Shown here piece after piece: positions 46,317 through 56,616 of a stretch of 64,000 nucleotides of DNA (the first letter of the stretch is position 1; each line of letters starts with the position of its first letter). The notes under the pieces were generated by a model that was not told the DNA's origin, searched no databases, and saw only the letters and a list, made by a program, of their open reading frames with translations. The stretch spans positions 17,539 to 81,538 of the forward strand of contig CBDAFS010000021.1 of NCBI GenBank assembly GCA_965195285.1, given 5' to 3'. The stretch is from an uncultured Aminicenantes bacterium (lineage in GTDB: Bacteria > Acidobacteriota > Aminicenantia > UBA2199). Both the position numbers and the translations under genes were made by a program.

Positions 46317-48971
46317 TTACAGGAGGGGCAGCAGAATTGAGTTGAACACCAGTTTAAAGGTACCTTGGGTGGAGGCCCTGAACTGGGGATTAAATCCGAA
46401 TAACACCAGCTGTCCCTTATTCTTTTTCAGCCAAAGCAACAGGGTTTTGTTGGCCACGCCAGACACTTTCTCACAATACCCGCTCAGCAGGATATCCCGT
46501 TCCGATATCTTTCCGATGACCCGCCTGTCCATATCAAAACTGGGTATATGGGTTTCAAATATGAGTCCTCTTTTAAGAAAAATACCGGTTGTTTCGCCCA
46601 TGCCACGGGTGATGGGATGATCGGTTAAGAGATCCAGTTTCAGCAAAGCCCCGGGGCAGTAGAAACCTTCTTTTTTTAATTGGGATGAAATATCCCTAAA
46701 GGGCAGCTGAAACTCTTCGGCCGGCTTTTTTGCAGCGCTGACTTCAAGGGTTCCGGTGAAAAGAGAGGCAGACCGTCCCCATGAAATAATGATGCCCCCG
46801 TTTTCCATAAAATTCAATAACCGTTTCAACCCCGCTTTACCGATTCCCTTTGAATACCCCGGTGGATATTCACTGAGATAATACCTGTTCTTGTATTTCC
46901 ATTTTCCGGTCATCAGTATGGACCGGCTGACATCGGGGAATACCACCACATCAAATCGTTTCCCGAAATCAATGTTTTCGAAATCACCGGGTCGGATCAC
47001 CGTATAAGGTATGGAATAGGAATCAAACAGATAGCGGGTCCAGCCGGCATCCATATCGTGGAAGTAGGTTTCCACCAGTGCAATACGGGGGACCTTCATC
47101 GATACGGTTTTAACCGGGATTTTATCTTTGATATATACCGGAGAAACCAAAAGGGAATCCAATAGACTGGTCATTTTTGAATGATTTGATTTCTGATTGT
47201 ATACTAAGAAACTGCCTGCGGCCACATCCTGATGGTTCAAACGAATCATTTCTTCCAGTCGCTCTACCTTCAGGCCTATTTCACTGGCTTTGAATGCAAC
47301 CTTATAACTTTCATTGCAGTTTACCGAAAAAGCAGCCGCCCAGAAAACCGGGGGAATGCCCTGTTTCAGGCTGAAGGATTTTTCAATTTTTTCCAGATTC
47401 TGATCAAACCCGGCGATCCGCCTATTTACCTCAAAACAGGTCAGACCACGATGCAGGGGAAGCGACCAGCTGGTCACATCATAGGGCCGTATGATCTTCC
47501 CTCCAGGGGTGTAGTGGCGGACCGGATAAATCTGTTTTTCCATTACTTCCTTGAGAAAGGCTCTGTAAGGCTGAGCCAGAGGAAGGACCAGGTCCGCTTT
47601 TTTCAGAAATTTACCGTTAACGATCATATCTCTGGTTAACCGATACACACTGATCCCGTGTTCTTTCAGCAGATTCACCGTTTCCACCAGTTCACTGCGG
47701 TCATGCTGGGCCAGGGGCAAAATATAATAGAAGGGAGGCTTGGTTTTTCCCTTCTGAACTTCGTCCCGGCATAGATCATTTCGGACCATCAGGATATCCC
47801 GTCGGTGATTGGATGCAGTTTTCAAAATCGATAGGGTCGAAACCACTTCATAGGTGACCAGATCACTTAATCTCCACCAGCCCCCGGGCCAGGGCAGAGG
47901 CATGTTGGTGCTTTTTTTATACTCGGCAAGGCCCTTTCCATACCCTTTCAATTCATTGGATTCCACAAAAATAGGTGTGGCATAATTTGCACTGGCGCCT
48001 TCGGTCAGAAAAGAAATGACATTTTTCCACATACTGGTCTCGGTGGAACCGGGCCAGTAGAAATCAAAGAGGTAATGCTGGCTAACCCCGGCCAGTCCAT
48101 GGTTGGTCATATCCTTAATCATGTTGGAACCAAAGATCCCACACCAATTCCATAAACGGGCATCGATATTTTCAGCGATGGGATCATGATTGGGCGGTAC
48201 AAAATACCGGGCCGTGGTCGAGCCCATCTGGTGTTTTTCCACCATGACCTGGGGAAACCATTCACGACTGTATACCCGGGCAACAGCCTGATTATCTTCC
48301 TGGGTCAGCGTAATAAAATCCCGGTTATTGTCATGTCCCACATATTTGTGGTAAATACCAGGCATGGAACTCCCCTCATATTTTGTCCTCTTATACTTCC
48401 GGTAGTGGTTCACGACCATGTCCATTCCATCCGGATTATGGCAGGGAACCATGATCAAAACCACATTGTCCAGAATGGTTAAATAATCCGTATCCCGGGT
48501 GGTTGCCAATTGATAGGCAATCAGTGGGGCAGCCTGCGAAGGTGCTACCTCTCCAGAATGCATAGAGAGTGTGGATAATACAAAAACCCTTCCCCTGGAA
48601 ACGCAAGATTCCCGTTCTTTTTCCGATAAATCCGGGTAGAGTGCAAGTTTCCGGTTAATATCCTTCAATTCATTCAGGTTTTTCAGGTTATTTTCAGAGG
48701 AAATGCAGGTCAGATACAGCTTTTTTCCCAAAGGTGATTTTCCGATTTCAAACATTTTAATTCGGGGAGAAGCCTTGTCGAGTTTTTTCAGGTACCCGAT
48801 CAACTGGCTATAGTCAAAAAGCATTCTATCTGTTCCCGGTTTGAATCCAAAATGTTTTTCCGGAGATTGCAGGGCAGGAGATGCCTGAATATCAGTTGTT
48901 GAAACCCAGAAGAGAATCATCCAGGTCATCATCAACCAAAAAAAAGGTTGGGTCCAATTTTTAAATTTCAT
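46317..48971 (-). CDS. Secreted M14 zinc carboxypeptidase family protein
   Basis: MHSGE, NPDG, GHDNNRD and HQMG; C-terminal GATase-like domain (GWTRYLFD). Confidence 0.88.
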   Translation of the reverse strand: MKFKNWTQPFFWLMMTWMILFWVSTTDIQASPALQSPEKHFGFKPGTDRMLFDYSQLIGYLKKLDKASPRIKMFEIGKSPLGKKLYLTCISSENNLKNLNELKDINRKLALYPDLSEKERESCVSRGRVFVLSTLSMHSGEVAPSQAAPLIAYQLATTRDTDYLTILDNVVLIMVPCHNPDGMDMVVNHYRKYKRTKYEGSSMPGIYHKYVGHDNNRDFITLTQEDNQAVARVYSREWFPQVMVEKHQMGSTTARYFVPPNHDPIAENIDARLWNWCGIFGSNMIKDMTNHGLAGVSQHYLFDFYWPGSTETSMWKNVISFLTEGASANYATPIFVESNELKGYGKGLAEYKKSTNMPLPWPGGWWRLSDLVTYEVVSTLSILKTASNHRRDILMVRNDLCRDEVQKGKTKPPFYYILPLAQHDRSELVETVNLLKEHGISVYRLTRDMIVNGKFLKKADLVLPLAQPYRAFLKEVMEKQIYPVRHYTPGGKIIRPYDVTSWSLPLHRGLTCFEVNRRIAGFDQNLEKIEKSFSLKQGIPPVFWAAAFSVNCNESYKVAFKASEIGLKVERLEEMIRLNHQDVAAGSFLVYNQKSNHSKMTSLLDSLLVSPVYIKDKIPVKTVSMKVPRIALVETYFHDMDAGWTRYLFDSYSIPYTVIRPGDFENIDFGKRFDVVVFPDVSRSILMTGKWKYKNRYYLSEYPPGYSKGIGKAGLKRLLNFMENGGIIISWGRSASLFTGTLEVSAAKKPAEEFQLPFRDISSQLKKEGFYCPGALLKLDLLTDHPITRGMGETTGIFLKRGLIFETHIPSFDMDRRVIGKISERDILLSGYCEKVSGVANKTLLLWLKKNKGQLVLFGFNPQFRASTQGTFKLVFNSILLPLL

Positions 48972-48992
48972 TTAATGTCTCCTTTTTAATTT

Positions 48993-49925
48993 TTAATAAG
49001 CCTTTAGCTGGGATATGCTGACACCCTTCTGTTCCAGAAGTCGCAGAATCCCCTGATTGCCGATAAGGTGAGCGGCACCGACCATAATAAAATACATTTT
49101 ATCGGTTTTCAGAAAATGGATTATTTTTTCTGTCATTGAAACATTCCGGTCATCAATAAATTTTTTGTACATGGGAGTTAACTCGGAAAATTTATCCAGG
49201 TTTATTTTTAACAATTGCTCCATTTCGGCGGCATCTCCCCTCCTCCAGGCTGCAACCAGATTATCGATTTCCTTTCGGTATTGAAAGATCTCCTGCAGAC
49301 TGTAGAAGAGAAAATTATCATTTTCCTTTTTGGAAAAACAGTCAAATAAATCTATCTGGAAAGCAATCCCCTCCAACTCCAGGATTTCCTTTTTGGGAGA
49401 GGTTTTGTCAACAGGGGCCACGGAAACCCTGTCTATAAAATATTTATCAACGCCGAAATTGGGATTATACCCCATTTTCATCAACTCAATACCGGAAATG
49501 GTCAGGGCCAAGAACCAAGGTTTGAACTTATGGTAAAAAGCAATATCAATACCATTGTTTTTTAATACCTTCTCGGTCAACCGATAGGTCTTTTCGGATA
49601 GATTTTGTTTCAGGGTTTCTTCCCCGGTATACATTCCCTTTTCCATGGTTAACCGCAAAAGCCGGGACATGTTAGCGGCCGAAATATCGGCTTCTACCAC
49701 CAGAACATCGGATTGTTCGAAAGCCTCTTCAATCTTGATTGGCAACGGATACATCTCCTTTTTTAGAAAATGAACCGAGCCCAGGATATAACTCTTATTG
49801 GTCTGGTAATCAAGCTGCCACAAAAATATCTTTTCCGAGTTTGCTCCCTGATTCCTGGCATACAGAGAAGATAGGGATATCCCCAGAATCAGCGTTATAC
49901 CGATCCAGCCGTTTATTCTCTTCAT
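48993..49925 (-). CDS. TraB/GumN family protein
   Basis: SYILGSVH, GVD.YF, ELEG..FQ, RN..M and VGAAHL.G. Confidence 0.9.
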   Translation of the reverse strand: MKRINGWIGITLILGISLSSLYARNQGANSEKIFLWQLDYQTNKSYILGSVHFLKKEMYPLPIKIEEAFEQSDVLVVEADISAANMSRLLRLTMEKGMYTGEETLKQNLSEKTYRLTEKVLKNNGIDIAFYHKFKPWFLALTISGIELMKMGYNPNFGVDKYFIDRVSVAPVDKTSPKKEILELEGIAFQIDLFDCFSKKENDNFLFYSLQEIFQYRKEIDNLVAAWRRGDAAEMEQLLKINLDKFSELTPMYKKFIDDRNVSMTEKIIHFLKTDKMYFIMVGAAHLIGNQGILRLLEQKGVSISQLKAY

Positions 49926-50016
49926 TTTTGTCTCACACTCTATTTAATTTTTCATCCTCAATACGTCTTGCCTTCTAAACTTCCATCTTCATGTTAACCT
50001 AATGCGTCATGTGACT

Positions 50017-50901
50017 TCATGCTATAAACAATCCAATTGCCATGAACAGATCGGTAACAATTACAATTCCTACATTCATGGCTAATGCAGGAATCAATTT
50101 TGGAATATCATTATGGTTTTTCAATACGGTGATCGAGGATTTAAATGCCATTGGCAATGTAATAAGGGCAATAAGAATGGTATCTGGGATCGTTTTCAAA
50201 AATGAAATGCCCAGTACGGTTACATATACAACTATTAGACCCAGCACATAAATAAAGCTGCTTTTTTTTCTACCGAAATGAATGACAAGATGATGACGAC
50301 CTCCCTTTTTATCTGCATCCAAATCCGGAAATTCATTCAGAAACAGCAGTAAGGTAGTTAATATCCCCGGTGTGATTGAGATTAAAATGATTTCCGTACC
50401 CATTGTTCCGGTAAGTGCGTAAAATGTACCCAGCACCACAAAACTTCCCAGGGTTAATCCGGAAATAATTTCACTGATTAACCATTTGGAAAAGAAAGAT
50501 GTGTAAAAACGGATCGCAATTCCCCCGGATATCATGAAAACAAGTATCAACCAGCCACTGACCAGACAGAAATAAATCCCTATCAAGGCGGAAACAAAAA
50601 GGGTTGAATAGGCTAATATCCTCACAGCCTTGGGGCTTGTTTTCCCGGATTGCATCATTCCACTGCCTCCGCTGAAAGGGGTTTGCACCGTATTCTGATC
50701 AATGCCGGTTTGATAATCCGACAATTCATTAAACAGATTGACCGACATATGGGCCAGTACCACGCCGGACATCACCAGAGCCGCATGAATCCATTCAAAT
50801 TGAGCTTTAAAATCGGCAGCAGCAATTCCGATCAGGACCAGAACCACTGCCAATACCAGAAACGGGGCCCGAATTTGAAACAACCAAATCTTAACCCTCA
50901 T
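50017..50901 (-). CDS. menA: UbiA-family prenyltransferase (MenA-like)
   Basis: IRAPFL, NELSDY..GID, FSGGSG and NEFPD..AD..GGR. Confidence 0.8.
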   Translation of the reverse strand: MRVKIWLFQIRAPFLVLAVVLVLIGIAAADFKAQFEWIHAALVMSGVVLAHMSVNLFNELSDYQTGIDQNTVQTPFSGGSGMMQSGKTSPKAVRILAYSTLFVSALIGIYFCLVSGWLILVFMISGGIAIRFYTSFFSKWLISEIISGLTLGSFVVLGTFYALTGTMGTEIILISITPGILTTLLLFLNEFPDLDADKKGGRHHLVIHFGRKKSSFIYVLGLIVVYVTVLGISFLKTIPDTILIALITLPMAFKSSITVLKNHNDIPKLIPALAMNVGIVIVTDLFMAIGLFIA

Positions 50902-51040
50902 AGAAACCTCACTTTATATGATGAATTCAATTAATACATCGTGATTATTGTTTATTATATATCAATGAATTCTCCATTTACAAATTTTTATTGAATAAAA
51001 CATTATATTAAATTATTATGTATAAGTCAGGAGGAACAGA

Positions 51041-51340
51041 ATGGAAATATATATTTTAATGACAAAATTAACCCCTGAAATTTCCAGTAACCTTCAGAAA
51101 CGTGAAGCCATTGGCAAAGAATGGAAAAAAAAGGTTGACCAGTTATGTCCGGATGTTAAATGGCTTGCCCATTATGCATTATTAGGGCCTTATGATTTCA
51201 TGGATATATATCAGGCGGATAGCAATGAAACAGCCACCCGGATATCCATGATCACCCGGGCCAACGGAGCACTCACGGCTGAAAGCTGGCCGGCTATGAA
51301 CTGGTCTCATTTCGTCGATATTATCAAGGAACTGGTCTAA
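51041..51340 (+). CDS. GYD domain protein
   Basis: YALLGPYDFMDIY motif; about 100 aa; AGGAGG SD. Confidence 0.85.
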   Translation: MEIYILMTKLTPEISSNLQKREAIGKEWKKKVDQLCPDVKWLAHYALLGPYDFMDIYQADSNETATRISMITRANGALTAESWPAMNWSHFVDIIKELV

Positions 51341-51368
51341 TCATCTCCTGCAGGTTATTGAACAAAGT

Positions 51369-51956
51369 TTAAGGAAGTATCTCGACCAATTTCTTTATCA
51401 TTTCAATCAATTCGGTTTTTAGAATCTCGGAAATGACCTGTGGAAGCAATGCCACCTCTTTCCCTTTCAATGGCTTCTGACGGTCAAATTGGTGGCGCCA
51501 CAGAGACTTCTTGGTCTTGAAATCACAAATTTCAATTTCCAGAGAGAGCCTGGCATACCATTGGCTGCCTGTATCCACTTCCTCGATTGAAAATAATTTC
51601 GATTTCAATATCAAATCCGGTTCGGTTATTGAAAATGTGTCAATAACCCGTTTGAAGACGCCGGTTGCGGATAAAAAATCCAGGATGGATTGTTTGACGA
51701 GATCTGAAGGTTTTTTCGCCCAGAAATCGTAAGAATAATAATGGACCTGATATGGAGATTTGCGGTAAATGATCCTGAAATCATCATACAAATCTTCAAT
51801 ATGGACGGATTCAACCAATAGGATTCTATCAATCTTGTTGAATTTGGAATTCAATTCCGGTGACAGCTGGAGCTGGAAATAACGCTTTTCGGTTTGGGAA
51901 CCAAAACATCCCGCCCAAAAACATATCCAGGCCAGAAGCAGAATCATTCTCTTCAT
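51369..51956 (-). CDS. ABC-type transport auxiliary lipoprotein (PqiC-like)
   Basis: Lipobox WAGC; IIYR..Y..WAKKPS; last gene of the mlaEFD operon. Confidence 0.8.
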   Translation of the reverse strand: MKRMILLLAWICFWAGCFGSQTEKRYFQLQLSPELNSKFNKIDRILLVESVHIEDLYDDFRIIYRKSPYQVHYYSYDFWAKKPSDLVKQSILDFLSATGVFKRVIDTFSITEPDLILKSKLFSIEEVDTGSQWYARLSLEIEICDFKTKKSLWRHQFDRQKPLKGKEVALLPQVISEILKTELIEMIKKLVEILP

Positions 51957-52900
51957 TTTTTTCTCCTTTTGGATATTCTTTTTCGGATTAAGATGGTTGG
52001 ATCCTCAATCAGGCTCCTGGAAAACTTCGACAAATTTTCAATGGTCTCACTCAGTTTTTCCAGGCTTTTGGCCATCTCTTCCTGTTGATTGACAAAAATT
52101 TGATCCAGCTTTCTCAAGGTGGAATTTGCGGATTTTACAAAATCATTAATTCCCCGGACCACACGGCCCAGTTCTTCATCTGAAAATCGGAGAGCGATGT
52201 TTTCTATCGCCTGTTTTCCACTTTCTGCCATTTTATCCAACTCCAGATTCTGGATGGTTTCATCCAGGTGGCTGGCAATCCTGCTGATCTGAAGTGATGC
52301 TTTCTCCATATTGTCTATGGATTGCAGCAAATTCCTTTCTTTCTTTTCCATCACCGATTGGATGATTTTAGAGGTTTTTTCGATATTTTCAAGAAAAAGA
52401 GACAATTTCTTTTGATTTTCTTTACTGAGAAATTCATTGATCCCCTTTACAGCCGAATCAATATTGGCGACTATATCTTCTGCTTTCTCTCCCAGTCCTT
52501 TAATGGTTAAAATTTCACTATTGGGTTTCAGATTTTTCGATCGGGTCTCTCCTCCGGATAATTCGACAAATTTCAATCCGGTAATCCCCGTATATGACAA
52601 CTTGGCTCTCATCTCCTCTTTTATCGGAAATCCTTTATCAATTTCCATATATACCAGGATAGAACTCAGGTCATCCGGGTTGACCCTTATATCAAAAACA
52701 CTGCCAATATCAACTCCCTGGTATTTAACCTTGGAACCCTCGCTCAATCCACTGACCGATATTTTTCTGAAATTAATGAAGTAACGGTCCATTTCTTCAA
52801 CCAGACCGGGATAAATAAACAGGGCTAAAATAAATACCAGAATGAGAAGTGAAACCAATAAAAAAACCCGAAGTCTGAATTTTTGTTCTTTTCTAAGCAT
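51953..52900 (-). CDS. mlaD: MCE/MlaD family protein
   Basis: SGLSEGSKVKYQGVDIGSV and GITGLKFVEL, followed by a helical tail. Confidence 0.88.
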   Translation of the reverse strand: MLRKEQKFRLRVFLLVSLLILVFILALFIYPGLVEEMDRYFINFRKISVSGLSEGSKVKYQGVDIGSVFDIRVNPDDLSSILVYMEIDKGFPIKEEMRAKLSYTGITGLKFVELSGGETRSKNLKPNSEILTIKGLGEKAEDIVANIDSAVKGINEFLSKENQKKLSLFLENIEKTSKIIQSVMEKKERNLLQSIDNMEKASLQISRIASHLDETIQNLELDKMAESGKQAIENIALRFSDEELGRVVRGINDFVKSANSTLRKLDQIFVNQQEEMAKSLEKLSETIENLSKFSRSLIEDPTILIRKRISKRRKK

Positions 52901-53639
52901 TTGCCTTTCCTTTTAAAAAAAATCTATTTATAAAATCATCATCCAGGGCCAATAACGCTTTCAAATCCCCCTCAAAATACAATCCGTTGTTGTGAAATAC
53001 AATGGCGCGGTCAGCGATCTTCCTGATCGACCTCAATTCATGGGTAACCACCACAATGGTCATTCCGAACAGGTTTTTCAGTTCAATGAGCAGATCATCC
53101 AGTTCGGTGGCGGTGATGGGATCAAGACCTGCGGCCGGTTCATCACAGAAAATAATCTCCGGTCCCAAAATCATGGCCCGGGCCAGGGCTGCCCGTTTTT
53201 TCATTCCCTCGGAAAGTTCAGAGGGATATTTGCCTTCATTTCCCCGAAGCCCGACCTGGGACAAACGGGAACGGACCATTTCTATCTCTACTTCAGGTGG
53301 AATTTGGGGATAATGTATTTTCAGAGGCAGTGCCACATTATTATAAAGGGTCAGAGAATTTAACAGGGCCCCCCTCTGATATAAAATCCCAATCCGCAGG
53401 AAGAAATGATCCAAATACTGCTCGGAAATATAATCGGCCTTCCGGTCAAATAAATATATATCACCGGAAATAGCGGGTATCAATCCGATTATGGTTTTCA
53501 AAACTGTGGTTTTGCCACAGCCACTGGGACCTAATATAACTGAAATACGACCTCTCGGTATTGAAAAATTCAAATCATTCAAAACCATCCGGGAATCATA
53601 GCCCACAGAAAGATCCTCTACCTTGATTATCGTTTCCAT
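52893..53639 (-). CDS. mlaF: MlaF-like ABC ATPase
   Basis: GPSGCGKT, PSELSEGMKKR, CDEP.AGLDP and VTHE. Start placed at ATG 53639. Confidence 0.9.
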   Translation of the reverse strand: METIIKVEDLSVGYDSRMVLNDLNFSIPRGRISVILGPSGCGKTTVLKTIIGLIPAISGDIYLFDRKADYISEQYLDHFFLRIGILYQRGALLNSLTLYNNVALPLKIHYPQIPPEVEIEMVRSRLSQVGLRGNEGKYPSELSEGMKKRAALARAMILGPEIIFCDEPAAGLDPITATELDDLLIELKNLFGMTIVVVTHELRSIRKIADRAIVFHNNGLYFEGDLKALLALDDDFINRFFLKGKANA

Positions 53640-53640
53640 A

Positions 53641-54711
53641 TTAGTATAAGATAAGCGCAAAAAAACAATCCAGTAAAATGATCAAGGAAATGGATACCAC
53701 GACCGACTGGGTGGTTGCGATTCCCACACCCTCGGCACCCTTTCCCACTGAAAAACCCTTGTATCCGGCTGTAAACATCACCACCCAGCCAAAAACCATG
53801 GTTTTGGACAAACCCACCACAAAATCCATTAAACCCACTGTTTCAAATAATTTTTCAAAAAATATGTTCCCAGGAATATCAGAAAAGAAATGCCCCACCA
53901 GCATCCCGCCAATAATTCCCACCAGATCAGCCATACCCACTAACAGCGGTACGACAATGGTTATGGCCAACAGGCGCGGAACCATTAAATATTTCTGGGG
54001 ATTGATGGCCATGGTGGTTAATGCATCTACCTCTTCTAATACCTTCATGGATGAGATTTCCGCGGTGATGGATGCTCCGATTTTACCGGCCAGAATGATT
54101 CCGGTCATCAGGGGGACCAGCTCCCGAATCATTACGAAACCCACCAGATCGACCAGGTAGATATCCGCCCCCAGCTGCCGTAATTGATCCAGTGAGGTAA
54201 TTGAAATGGTTACCCCGATTAGAAAGGAGATCAAACACACAATGGGAAAAGAATCATACCCCATTAAGAACAGTTGATTGCCGATCTCACCTGGCAAAAC
54301 TCCCCTTTTCTTCAGGAGATAACCAAAGGTGTGATAAATCTCATCCACCAGAAGGACCATATAGGCCCTGATATGATTTTTGATCATCAAGTACTTATTT
54401 TTAATATACTCTAAAATATGCTCCTCAAATTTTTTCTTCTCCTCTTGCTCCGGAGATGGACCCCGGTAAGGAACGGATTCCAGAATGGCCTTTATTTCTG
54501 ATTTCATATTCACCATAACCAGGTCGCGATACCTGTTTTTCAAATGACTGATTAATGCGACTCCGAAAGTATCCATTCTGGAAACCCGGGTGAAATCGAG
54601 GACCGGATTGTCATGGCTGAGTATATTTTTAATTTCTCCTAATAATAAGGACACATTTTCATGGGTAATCAATTCCGGAAGCTGGTATTTGTTTTCCCGG
54701 TTACTTTCCAT
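53641..54711 (-). CDS. mlaE: MlaE permease with N-terminal STAS domain
   Basis: STAS LDFTRVSRMDTFG; RELVPL..AGKIGA..AEI and EGVG.ATT.SVV. Confidence 0.9.
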   Translation of the reverse strand: MESNRENKYQLPELITHENVSLLLGEIKNILSHDNPVLDFTRVSRMDTFGVALISHLKNRYRDLVMVNMKSEIKAILESVPYRGPSPEQEEKKKFEEHILEYIKNKYLMIKNHIRAYMVLLVDEIYHTFGYLLKKRGVLPGEIGNQLFLMGYDSFPIVCLISFLIGVTISITSLDQLRQLGADIYLVDLVGFVMIRELVPLMTGIILAGKIGASITAEISSMKVLEEVDALTTMAINPQKYLMVPRLLAITIVVPLLVGMADLVGIIGGMLVGHFFSDIPGNIFFEKLFETVGLMDFVVGLSKTMVFGWVVMFTAGYKGFSVGKGAEGVGIATTQSVVVSISLIILLDCFFALILY

Positions 54712-54787
54712 GGCACACTTTATCTTTTTGTTATGAATATAATATTAAAACCTTTTAAATTCAACACCCGATGGCATCTCCCCGGTG

Positions 54788-54840
54788 TTGACAGGCTGGT
54801 TTTAATATGTTAATTTTTCATACGTAAACTTTTTGCATAT
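54788..54840 (+). promoter_or_regulatory. Putative promoter and Zur/Fur-like operator upstream of znuA
   Basis: TTGACA-17 nt-TAATTT (extended TGn), then the imperfect palindrome ATACGTAAACTTTTTGCATAT at 54820-54840. Confidence 0.45.
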
Positions 54841-54905
54841 TGATCCTTGTCATTCGCTTCATTTTATTGGGTTTTGCGGGGAATACATTCCCAAACTGAA
54901 CAAAA

Positions 54906-55835
54906 ATGAAACTGTTGATTATTTTTTTTTGTATTGTTCTGTTTATGCTCTCCTGCCATCCCGATTCCACTGAGCATCCTATTGAACCCCATCGGCTAAC
55001 TGTCAGTATATTGCCCCAGAAATATTTTGTAAACCGTATTGCCGGAAACAGGTGGAAAGTCAATGTCATGATACCACCCGGACACAATCCAGCCACTTAC
55101 GAACCCACGGCCCTTCAGATGAAATCCCTGACCGGTAGCTCAATCTACTTTCGCATCGGGCACATTCCTTTTGAACTGGTATGGATGAAAAACCTGATCA
55201 ACCTGAATCCGAAAATGAAGGTTGTGGACACATCGGCCGGTGTCCGGCTGATCCGGGGTCATCACCTTGCCCATCATGAATCCGGTGGACACATGCTCTC
55301 GGGGTCAAAAGGAGTCGATCCCCATATCTGGCTGTCTCCGAAATCAGTCAAAATCGTGGCCAACCATATTTACAGGAGCCTGAAGGAAATAGACCCGGCT
55401 CATCAATCATTCTACCTGGATAATTACCGGGGATTTCTGCAGGAGATCGACCAGCTGGACCGGGAAATCAGTCAGATTATGCAGGCAGCGGCAGGTAAAA
55501 AATTTTTGGCTTATCACCCGGCCTGGTCTTACTTTGCCCGGGACTATGGATTAATTCAGATTCCCATAGAATCGGAAGGCAAAAACCCAAGACCAGCTGA
55601 CTTCAGAAAGGTCATAGATACTGCCAGAGCAGAAGGTATTCGGTTCATCATTGTGCAGAGACAATTTGATACCCACAGCGCGGAGACGATCATGAATGAA
55701 ATTAACGGCCGGGTGATACGGCTGGATCCCCTTGACGAGGATTGGACTGCCAACCTGAAAAATATTGCCGACCAATTCAAGAGTATTTTATTGGAAAAAC
55801 AGGACTGCAATCACCATGAAAACCAGATCAGATAA
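54906..55835 (+). CDS. znuA: Zinc ABC transporter substrate-binding lipoprotein
   Basis: Lipobox MLSC; PATYEP, His-rich loop, DPHIWLSP and YHPAW.YF. Confidence 0.9.
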   Translation: MKLLIIFFCIVLFMLSCHPDSTEHPIEPHRLTVSILPQKYFVNRIAGNRWKVNVMIPPGHNPATYEPTALQMKSLTGSSIYFRIGHIPFELVWMKNLINLNPKMKVVDTSAGVRLIRGHHLAHHESGGHMLSGSKGVDPHIWLSPKSVKIVANHIYRSLKEIDPAHQSFYLDNYRGFLQEIDQLDREISQIMQAAAGKKFLAYHPAWSYFARDYGLIQIPIESEGKNPRPADFRKVIDTARAEGIRFIIVQRQFDTHSAETIMNEINGRVIRLDPLDEDWTANLKNIADQFKSILLEKQDCNHHENQIR

Positions 55836-56616
55836 CCACCCGCTTCAGGACACCCGAAAAATCCTGGACATCAAATCCGTTACTGCGGGCTACAATGGAA
55901 ATATTGTTTTACAGGATATCAACCTGAGTATTTACGAAAATGATTTCCTGGGTTTGATTGGTCCGAATGGCAGTGGCAAAACCACCCTGCTCAAATTGAT
56001 TCTGGGAATCATTGCTCCCCTATCCGGGTCTATCCGCTATTATTTCAACCAAAGCCATGACAAAAAGAAAAGCATCGGCTACCTGCCTCAGTTGAGCATG
56101 TTCGATAAAGAATTTCCCATTACCGTGCTGGATGTGGTGTTATCCGGTTTGGTTTTAAATACCGGAATCTGGAGACATTTTTCCATACAGGAACATCGAA
56201 TGGCCATGGAGGTTCTGAATTTAATGGGAATCTCCAAACTTGAAAGCCACCCAATCGGAGAACTCTCCGGTGGTCAAACCCAGCGGGTATTTCTGGCACG
56301 TGCCCTGATCTCTTCACCGAAATTGCTCATATTGGATGAGCCCAATACCTTTGTGGACCAGAGCTTTGAAATGAACCTGTACGATATACTCCGGGAATTG
56401 AATAAACAAATGGCCATAGTCATGGTCTCCCATGACCTGGGAATGATTGCCAGTCAGGTTAAATCCATTGCCTGTCTGAGTAATACCCTATACTATCATG
56501 ACTCCGGAGAGATCACCCAGGATTTATTAGACAAATACAATTGCCCCATCGATCTCATTACCCACGGTGACATCCCCCACCGGGTTCTTAAACACCATAA
56601 CCAGGATCATGATTAG
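55816..56616 (+). CDS. znuC: Zinc ABC transporter ATPase
   Basis: GPNGSGKT, LSGGQ, LDEP and SHD; His-rich tail. Start placed at ATG 55816. Confidence 0.9.
   Translation: MKTRSDNHPLQDTRKILDIKSVTAGYNGNIVLQDINLSIYENDFLGLIGPNGSGKTTLLKLILGIIAPLSGSIRYYFNQSHDKKKSIGYLPQLSMFDKEFPITVLDVVLSGLVLNTGIWRHFSIQEHRMAMEVLNLMGISKLESHPIGELSGGQTQRVFLARALISSPKLLILDEPNTFVDQSFEMNLYDILRELNKQMAIVMVSHDLGMIASQVKSIACLSNTLYYHDSGEITQDLLDKYNCPIDLITHGDIPHRVLKHHNQDHD

Noticed and set aside
53200-53225. ABC signature LSEGM instead of LSGGM in MlaF, suggesting an inactive ATPase
   Set aside because: The third signature position tolerates substitution, and Walker A/B and the H-loop are intact.
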